DNA of 59,157 nt, the filler included, from Sphacelaria rigidula (taxonomy: Eukaryota): assembly GCA_964200075.2 (NCBI GenBank). It is 5 parts of 5 records of this genome, joined end to end, with 100 filler letters (N's around TTAATTAATTAA, not from the genome) between each part and the next. Parts side by side here need not be neighbours in the genome. Positions count along the whole stretch, not along the records: positions 47,408 to 59,157 come from CAXNAA020004554.1; 4 more parts are not named here. One strand, written 5' to 3'. Each line of letters begins with the position of its first letter. The stretch's first letter is position 1. Shown piece after piece: positions 50,719 through 59,157 of this stretch. The translations under genes were made by a program, and so were the position numbers. The notes under the pieces are model-generated. The model searched no databases. It saw nothing but the letters and a program-made list of their open reading frames with translations, and was not told the DNA's origin.

Positions 50719-52285
50719 ATGAAAACGCGAGGCGCAAGTAGCAAAGGAAAGCCGACAGGATGTGGGGTTGTCGTTGATCCATCCCGTGATACCAACATGT
50801 ATGTCAGAAACGTACCTGGGCCGAGGATTGACTCATCTCATGTAACTATGAGCTCGTCCCGAGGGAGGCAAGAGAATGAAAGTACGACACACACACATGG
50901 ATATATATATATATATATATATATACAAGGTTCCCCTTCGGGAGGTTGATACGGGCCTCCCGGGAGTGACGCAAGTCGAAAATATATGGTCAATACAGGC
51001 TGTTGATGTCGATGTACAGTAGTGATCATGGCTGTACAAAACATCGCATGTGTTTTCGGATCGTGGCTTGGAATAAGGTTGACAACCTTAAGGAATACGT
51101 ATGGAAGATTGTACAATTGTTGTGCGGCAATCACTTCGACATGTGTGGCATATGCGTAGCTGCTCATCAGCTGTGCACGTTGTGCGTGACCTTGCTCAAA
51201 TCTATTCGGACTTCATTCAGAGATGATGATTTGTGGGAGGCCGCTCCTCATAGACTGACAAAAGTCTCTAAGAGAAGTAATCCCGGACTACTTTTCTCAA
51301 CTTTTCAGTTAAATCAGTACTCAAAACCCCACCTTTTAGTCTGTAGAAAATCCTGGGGATTTGTACACCCGAGGCCATCACTAAGCCTGCGTGCAGACGG
51401 TGGTATATCATTGTGGTCATCATTTGCATTTTGTGCTCGTCCCACGTGCGGTGAACTAATACGTGAATAATCCTGTCGAGGTACAGGATAGATGGGATGG
51501 TAGCACACACACACACACACACGCACGCACGCACGCACACACGCACACGCACACGCACAGTAGCTACAGGTATTGAAATAGTTGAAATGACAGGCGTATC
51601 AACCCTTATTTCAGTCGACCGCCGCTTGGTACAGTCGTAGTGTCGCAAGCGGTGCAGTGTGTGCAGCGCATACGGTTTGTGCCGTACCGCACAAAACAAA
51701 CTCACGTGACAGTCAGTAGTGCGGTAGCAACCGTCTCAGTACACAGAATACTGCAGAGTTCGCAATCGGTGGCGGGCACGACGAGCATGACACGAAACGA
51801 GCAGTCAACACAGCCAGCATGAGCGACATCGTGCTATTTAATAGTGGTAAGGCTGTCGGCGAAAAAGCACTACGGTCATGAAGAGGATGCACGGAGTGCT
51901 GCAGCAGTGATGCTATTGCCACGATACTGTACATACAACATGCACGGCTACTGTTGCACTGACTGTACTACACTTACAGGCGAGGAGTCTGTGATGGAGC
52001 ACTGACTATACCATTGCGGGTGTTGTTACCGACCTGGCACTATCGTAGTGCTACGGGGCGCCATGCTAAGGAGGGCGGTGTACGACGAACAGTTTTGTAC
52101 TGGTATTGAATGGCTAAAATGCACACGCAGTAAGTTGACTGTGCGGTGTTACCAGCAGAGACGAAAATATTCTGATATTATAAACGTGCACAATGTGTGA
52201 GTTGCAGATGATCACGTACTTTGCCCGCGTTTTGGCAGACAGCCGTGTTTATTGTTTACACCACGCGAATACGTATCTACATATA

Positions 52286-52833
52286 GAGTAGTGGGCGGTC
52301 TAACTGTTCATTTTGAGGCATTTTGTGATTTCTTCATAACTGGCGGTTTTCTCGAGCTCTTTCCGCTTGCCACCGCTTCTCACATAGGGGACCTATACAT
52401 GTTTGTATCCGCTCCACAGTTCAAGAAAAAATATCATCTGTACTCAATATCTAGTGACTTACGGGCTGACCGGTCATTGGTGGTCCTGCGACGTTTCAGT
52501 CCAAATTCTTTTTCTTCGGAGTTTTCGGTCGATCGAGCCTATCCCGATCATAGTTATAAAGCAATGTACAGTTTTGTTTTTTGAAATTCTGCATATTTAT
52601 TACGCTAGAGCCGAAAAACTGTGTTTCACGGTCAAAAACACCTTCCTGATGAACGGGGTATTTTCTTGTTTCGTCCGATAACACCAACCAGCACTGACTT
52701 GGGCACTGTGTTTCGAGAATGATCTGTTCATCGTACCAAAATCTACCGACGCTAGCAATTTCGAGTTCTATCGAAGAGTAGTCCGCGAGGAATACCCCAA
52801 AACCCCGCTGAAAAGTTAGACCGCCCACTACTG
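52286..52833. mobile_element. Tc1/mariner-type MITE
   Basis: TA|GAGTAGTGGGCGGTCTAACT ... AGTTAGACCGCCCACTACTG|TA. Confidence 0.85.
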
Positions 52834-52935
52834 TATCGCAATTCATACTGGACGGCGAAACAAGAGAGGGAGAGGTTGCAAAGGGGAATGTGATGGATAT
52901 GGTGTTGCGAAAGAGGGAATCCAACAAAGCCGGTC

Positions 52936-53020
52936 TCCCCGGTGGCTCAGTTGGTAACCTCGAAGCCTTCTCTCGGTGGGGTCGTGGGTTCAAATCCCGG
53001 AGTGGTCTTGGATTTTTTTC
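52936..53020 (+). mobile_element. tRNA-derived SINE head
   Basis: Box A TGGCTCAGTTGG and box B GGTTCAAATCC followed by a T-run; no closed cloverleaf. Confidence 0.75.
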
Positions 53021-53472
53021 TCACACCATGCCCACAGTGGAGAGCGACTATGTCGTGGGTACACAAAATTAACTTCACGGTCGACGAGGGAAAGACACTG
53101 CTGTATCCCTCTCGCGAAAGCAATAAAGGCGAGCACTCAAGTTACGTTCACCGCTTGCACGACTTCTGGAATATGCGGCACATTTCCAGCGCCGGTACCC
53201 TCAGCGCTTTGATCTTTACTTCCTGCTTCTGCGGACATCTTCTGTACTTGCTTCGACTTACCCCTACCATCTACCGTTTCGGTACACCCGGCGCAGGCCG
53301 AAATGACCGGCAAAGACGTGCGATGCAGTACAGCAACTATTGTTGCCATCATCCAGCGATCAGGGGGATGCCTTCCCTGTGAAATTGGATACCCCCCCCC
53401 CTCCAACGCCAGAATGAGGTTTGTGCGGGGAAAGAGGGGGTGGTGCATGGATTTCCCGATATGGGGTCCTTC

Positions 53473-53992
53473 GGGTCAAAAGGCACGAAGCGGGTCTTCA
53501 CTCCTATCTTAGAGATCATCACGCCAGATAACACCTGTTCATAGGACCATGCAAACTCCATCCAACTCATTCTCAGCTACCGCCACAACCCTGCAGTATA
53601 GAGCACGAGTTAAGCATAGGCATAGTACTCTGCTGCAGTATTCGGGTATGCTTCGTTTCATTTTCTGTTGGCGAAGACTTGCGCATCTTCTCTCATGGTA
53701 GGGATCAGCGACGGAACTGCGTGGTCCGGTTGGCAATCGAGTTGCGTGCACGCTCATGGACTGCAGGCAATACAAAGCATCACGTCGTTGAAGTCCTCTT
53801 CACGTCGCATTGTAAGCAGAGAGAGCTGATAGTCCTTGAGTGTCTGCACTGCACCCTGCCCGCTTCTCCTTTATATCCTCCTGCACGAAACACGCACACA
53901 CGCACTCAAGACACCCTGCTTGCAAGCAGTGCAGTCAGTACAGACTGCCTGTACTGTACACGAGTGACCATGTACCGTTTAACAAATTTCAC
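53473..53992 (-). repeat. Inverted copy of 30254..30763
   Basis: Reverse complement of the blocks listed for 30254..30763. Confidence 0.9.
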
Positions 53993-55478
53993 GAATATAG
54001 TACAACCGAAGTGGCGTTTGTGGTGTTGCCAAATAATGTCTAGCAAGCTAGCTACCTAGCCGTATTCTGCCCGGGTGCAATCGTCGTTAGTGCACATGCA
54101 TGCAATTATTCTTGTGTGTTGTGAAGAAATGCCCCGCCATGAACACGCTCCTTCGGTGCGGGTTCTGGTTTGGAGTTTTTCACGATCTTGAGGAGGCTTT
54201 TGTGGTTCGAGATCGACACCCCGCAGAAAAGAGCCAGTGTGGGCGACTTTCGTTGGCTAGAACACGCGCCGCAGGTATCAGATGACACCCAAACCTGATC
54301 TGTATTGTACCGCTGACCCTCCTTCGTGCACTGCAAAAGAAAGCGCGGGCGAAGATGCCTTGCAGCCAGAGAACAGTCGGTAAAAGTGGTGAAAAATGCG
54401 GGATGATACATGTACATATTGTTCGCTCGGAACCCTTCAGGCAAATCAACAAGGAGATGTGGGAAACTGTGTCCACCCCCCCACCCCCCCCCTCCCCCCT
54501 TCCAGAAAAACGCATGATTTGACCTAGTACGGCTGTCCAAAAACGATTTCTTCCTTTCATCCCTCTCTACGTGCTGGGCCAGCCTAAAGACGGATTTAAG
54601 CTCTAAAAGCAATATCTCATCGACATAGATGAGTTGGGCCGTGATCCGCATATCGTATTAATCGTCTAACCAAGGGGAAGGTGCCCATCTGCTCAAAATT
54701 TTGGGCCCATATATTCTCGTTGATTAAACCCCATGTGTAGTAATTCCTATACCTAACGGAAATGACGTTTACACTAAAATCTATATGGGACCCCCGATCG
54801 ATGCATTCAGCGGATGACGGCGAATTTCGGTGGATATTCTCTGGAGCAAGGGGAGACGATAGATACCCTCACCTTCACCTAACTCGTCATCTATCCCGAG
54901 ATATGGCGCCCATAAGTTTTGATACTATAATCAATATATTGAGAGCAGGGGCACTGAGAGCCCTAAATCTGGATATCGCGTCTCAGGTTTTGAGACTTGT
55001 TCCATGAAATTTCGTGTAATGAACCGCTGGTGCATAATGAAAAAAATAAAAACAGCTTGGTATGTTTTTATTAGTTGATTTCTTTCCCATTTTTTTCGTG
55101 TTTCAGGTGGATTTTGGGGGAGAAATGGACATTGCTCTCAGGCCTTATCTCAATGTTTTAGCTCAAAATTTAGAATTGTGATTTGAAAGTTAGCATGGAG
55201 AATCACAAAAGTGTGCCGAATAAAATAAAAAATGGGCCTTCATTTTTTATTTCATTTTCATAGAGGTTGGGGCGTTCTCGTGAAGAAATGGTCTTCACCA
55301 TACTAAAACTCCCTCAACCAGGAAAAAAACGAATAAAGAAAGACTGATCAACTAAGTTTTGTTAGTTATGCTCCAGCGAGGGCCCACACAAAATTTGAAT
55401 ACACAAAAACCAAACGTGGGCCGGTGAGTGGCCTGCGAAATACTGTTCCGAAATTTCCAACGATCCGATTCTTAGAAA

Positions 55479-55744
55479 GCGAATGCGCCGGCCAATATTT
55501 AGAGTTGGACCCTGAAATTTGGTATGGACAATGCATAAGGCATAATAAAAAATCGAGAATAAGCACCATAAGTTTTTTTTTCTCGTGGGTCAAGGGCAAT
55601 AATCAGTTTTTGGGTTTCAGTGAAACGCCCTAAACTCGCGAAAAAAAAAACTTCTGGTGCTTCTTCGCGATTTTTTATTATGCCCTATGCATTGTCCATA
55701 ACAAATTTCAGGGTCCAACTCTAAGTATTGGCCGGCGCATTCGC
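55479..55744. repeat. Long near-perfect inverted repeat (arms about 108 bp, loop about 50 bp)
   Basis: GCGAATGCGCCGGCCAATATTTAGAGTTGGACCCTGAAATTTG... is mirrored by ...CAAATTTCAGGGTCCAACTCTAAGTATTGGCCGGCGCATTCGC. Confidence 0.92.
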
Positions 55745-57737
55745 CTGCAAACTTTCATGCCGCCTCTACGCTGGCCCAGCTCGTATGGTGTGCCTGGGCT
55801 AGAAATACCCACGGTTTATTGCAAGAAGGCATTATTTTTGGACCATACAGTTTCTTGGCTATTACCCTCGTGCCTCATATGATGATCATGGACTACGCGC
55901 ACACTTCCTTTAGTCACAGAGGGTGGCCACCTAATGGCATGAGGGCTCAACAACGCGCACCCGCAGGATCGAATGTTACCTGCTTATGTTACGGTCACAG
56001 ATATAACGACCAAACCCATCGGTTTTATTCCTCAACGTATTTTTATGTCTCCTCGCACTCGCACCGACGGACTGCACCGAACAACCCTTAATAACCTGTC
56101 CAACTAACCTGACGACTATGTTTTCATGTGTTTGTGTGCGATCGCGTGTGAAGATAAAAAGTAGTACAGTAGGTGTTGCCCTACTCTATGTTGTTGTAGA
56201 GAAGAGTGTTCTCTTCGCGCAGCATGAACAGTATTTCTTTTGCATCTCGTCTCAACCTTTCGACCGCCAACCACTCCTCTGAGGAGTCCATGCATCCGAA
56301 AGTGCCACTTTGTGTTTGATTTTTGTGTACGGGCGCTCCTACGGTGAAGCTCCCACCTGTTCACGATCGTAGGTCTTACTACTCTTGATGAGAGGTGCAT
56401 CATTGAAGGTCAAGGATAAGAACGAAGGGGCGACAGAAACATCTTCCTTACTTCGCAGAATATTAGACTTGCGCGCGATATAAAGAGACAGCAGTAGAAG
56501 CGGCTCTTCAGTTTGTCATCGGCGAAGTATAAAATATGCGAGGGCAGAGACACAGCAGAAGCGAATTAGTGCTATCGCAGAGTATAAAACGTGCGGACTA
56601 TCTTCTGGGTAGAACATGGATGCTCTTTTGCACTTTTCGACGGCAAATACCTCCAGACTCGCTGTTTGTTACCACAACAATGTTTTCATGCAATGTTCCG
56701 TCGTTGTCGCTCTCCATCTCAGGTATTCACAGAGGTTAAGGTACCGGCTGGGAGAAGAAGTAGACAATTCTAGATGTGCTTCCAGTATTTATGATCGCCT
56801 CGAGGTATTCCGCAATCGCTACCGATCAGATTGCCACAACCGGGGCGGGTCTGTATGCTATCGAGAATTGCATATGGTATTATCCAAGGTTGTTCCAGCG
56901 AATGGAACGTCCATACATCTTCGAAAAACTTTGGGAACGTTTGGAAGGAGCTTCGTTTCTGAAGGAGTAAAATTCGGAATCAAATAGTTTGGAAACACTC
57001 CAGAACAAGGGAGAATCCTATTCTCATCAAGTAGGTGGCAGAATGTCCCGGGTGTTCCATGCGCACAGGGAGTCCGGGAAGACCCTCACACCAGTATTGC
57101 AATTCCTCATAAAAACTCGAATATCTCGGACGATAGGGCAGCCGGCTACTCGTCAAATCTGAGTTGAATGATACCTTGGGGAAATTCATAGGTGGGTGAA
57201 TGCGAGTACGAACCTAGTTCATGGTTCGGCGAACCTGTTTTTTATTGAAGTTTCGATTGCTTGTATCTTACTGGTCGAGGCACTTGCATTTTGCTGGTCA
57301 GAGGGTACCATTACTCCTGCCCGAACACTCTACTCTTCTGCAATTCACATACGCATACGCATACGCAAACAAGGAGGATATTGGTGACAGGAAACGCGAA
57401 GGAAGACCACTCACGAAAATGTCTCGATCAACTTCAGAGACCAGCTAAAATGTGGGCCGCTGTGAATCTGCTTACCGTTTTGTATTTCTTGTCGCATCTC
57501 TCAAAATGGACTTTGATGCATTGACACTCCGCGGAAGGACGTCTACGTGCTGAATCTGCACCACCTTTACTCGAAATATGACTTGTCGGGCTCGGGTGTT
57601 CATCTGTACGCGCTGAAAGTGTTAACGATGTGGGGGAAAGATCGCCAACGGATTCCTAGGCTTCTTGGTCGCACCACCTCGTATGGTCTAGACATGAGAT
57701 GATCTGCCTTTTTCCCCCTTGTGCGTTCGCTCGGTAG

Positions 57738-58844
57738 TTCTCTCAGGTGGCGAACGTCACATATCCGGGCATATATCAAAAGTTTCTTGACGGCGTGGAC
57801 GTGCTGAATTTCGATCTGAGCTGGATACTCTCGACCGGGTGTATCTTTGACGTGAACTTTCACGAACGCCTCATCGTGTCTACGATAGCCCCTATCGTGG
57901 GTTTGACCATCCTCGGAGCTACGTACCGCTTTGGGGGGCGGGAGAAAAGCCGCTGGTCGGATGCTGCACTGGGAAGGTTCCGTCGAAAACACCTATCCAT
58001 GGTGATTTTCCTGACGTTTTTGGTGTACTCGTCAGTGTCCTCCATCTTATTTCAGATGTTCTCCTGCGAGAGGCTAGATGACGAGAAGTTCTATCTTCGC
58101 GCAGACTACCGAATCGAGTGCGATTCTCCCAGGCATGTGTCACTACAGATCTACGCAGGGTTCATGATTGCCCTATACACGGCTGGCATTCCCACTCTTT
58201 ACGCCGCCCTCCTTTTTAGAAACCGTGGCGTGTTAACGGACGAGGTCAGTCGTGAAGCTGAAATAGGCGTAAAACCCATCACGAATTTGTGGTCGCCGTA
58301 CCAGCCGCAGCGCTTCTACTATGAGGTGATTGAATGCGGTCGTCGGATTGCACTGACGGGAATCGTGGTCTTTATATATCCGAACACATCGGCACAGGTA
58401 GCAGTCACACTCGTATTGACTGTGTTCTTCATTTTCGTGTCCGAGTCCATGGCACCATATGCGTCTAAGTGGGATACGTGGGTGAACCGCACAGGGCATG
58501 CGGTAGTATTTTTAAGCATGTATTTGGGTCTGTTGTTGAAGGTAGACGTGTCTAGCGAAAACGCCACTAGCCAAAGGCTGTTTGAGCTTGTTCTTGTATC
58601 GATCAATATTTTCATGGTCACGGTTGTCGTTATCGAAACCATCGTGGTTTCTTGTTCGTTGAGATATGAAGAGCAAGTGGGTCCCAAAAGGTTTACGAAT
58701 GGTCGAGGCGTCACGTCTTTTCTCGAGGAAACAGAAGGCCGCCCCCGACCTGCCAACGTCGACGATGCGGAAACAGGAGAAAACGTCCTGTCGCGAAGAT
58801 TCATGGGAATTACGACACCTCCAGCAGGACCTACACGCCGGTGA
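57738..58844 (+). CDS. Terminal exon of a multi-pass membrane protein (brown-algal adhesin / polymorphic-outer-membrane-protein-like family C-terminal TM domain)
   Basis: Long open frame after a TAG acceptor (FSQVANVTYP; alternative CAG acceptor at 57746). It has about seven hydrophobic segments and the family motifs FLVYSSVS..LFQMFSC, YLRADYRIEC and LW.PY....FYYEVIECGRR. Upstream exons were not found. Confidence 0.85.
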   Translation, partial: FSQVANVTYPGIYQKFLDGVDVLNFDLSWILSTGCIFDVNFHERLIVSTIAPIVGLTILGATYRFGGREKSRWSDAALGRFRRKHLSMVIFLTFLVYSSVSSILFQMFSCERLDDEKFYLRADYRIECDSPRHVSLQIYAGFMIALYTAGIPTLYAALLFRNRGVLTDEVSREAEIGVKPITNLWSPYQPQRFYYEVIECGRRIALTGIVVFIYPNTSAQVAVTLVLTVFFIFVSESMAPYASKWDTWVNRTGHAVVFLSMYLGLLLKVDVSSENATSQRLFELVLVSINIFMVTVVVIETIVVSCSLRYEEQVGPKRFTNGRGVTSFLEETEGRPRPANVDDAETGENVLSRRFMGITTPPAGPTRR

Positions 58845-59157
58845 CATGCTGGATGCTTTTCCACGAGGAATTGCGGGGAAACTGCATACTATTTCGGTGT
58901 GTGATTTAAATGGCGCGTTGGGCGAAAATTTAGCAGATGCAACTTTGACCTTCGTACAATGTTTTACGTTGCGGCAAAAATGTTGGAGCTATCAGTCATT
59001 TTGCCAATCGACGGCAGTAGATATATTTTCCTCTTGGGGTTTGCGGCACCGTGAGTGGAGTACGCCAGGCAAGAAAAAATGCGATATGTATTTGCACGAT
59101 TACGTTGTTTTTGTCCACACCAACCTGACATTGATTAAAATGCGTCACAAGCTCTTC

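Overview
Eukaryotic nuclear DNA, very probably from a brown alga (Phaeophyceae, Ectocarpus-like), judged from an EsV-1-7 repeat gene, long TE-filled GT-AG introns and the gene families present. The window is not one locus. It is five separate contigs of 11753, 11752, 11752, 11750 and 11750 bp, in descending length order and joined by identical 100-nt N44-TTAATTAATTAA-N44 linkers, so nothing should be inferred across the linkers. Contig 1 holds a large terminal exon encoding about 12 tandem 38-aa EsV-1-7 (C-x4-C-x16-C-x2-H) repeats with one hypervariable position, plus two 43-bp-phased motif arrays. Contig 2 holds five exons of a PDZ-end/PH/PH protein on the minus strand, a tyrosine-recombinase remnant and piggyBac-type MITEs. 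Contig 3 holds a guanylate kinase gene (three exons, N-terminal extension) head-to-head with another gene's first exon. Contig 4 is mostly decayed LTR retrotransposons. Contig 5 holds repeats and the terminal exon of a multi-pass membrane protein. tRNA-derived SINE heads and several MITE families recur. Most ORFs in the supplied track are spurious. The best candidate for a novel system is the EsV-1-7 array as a possible repeat-coded (TALE/zinc-finger-like) nucleic-acid reader, which is inference only.
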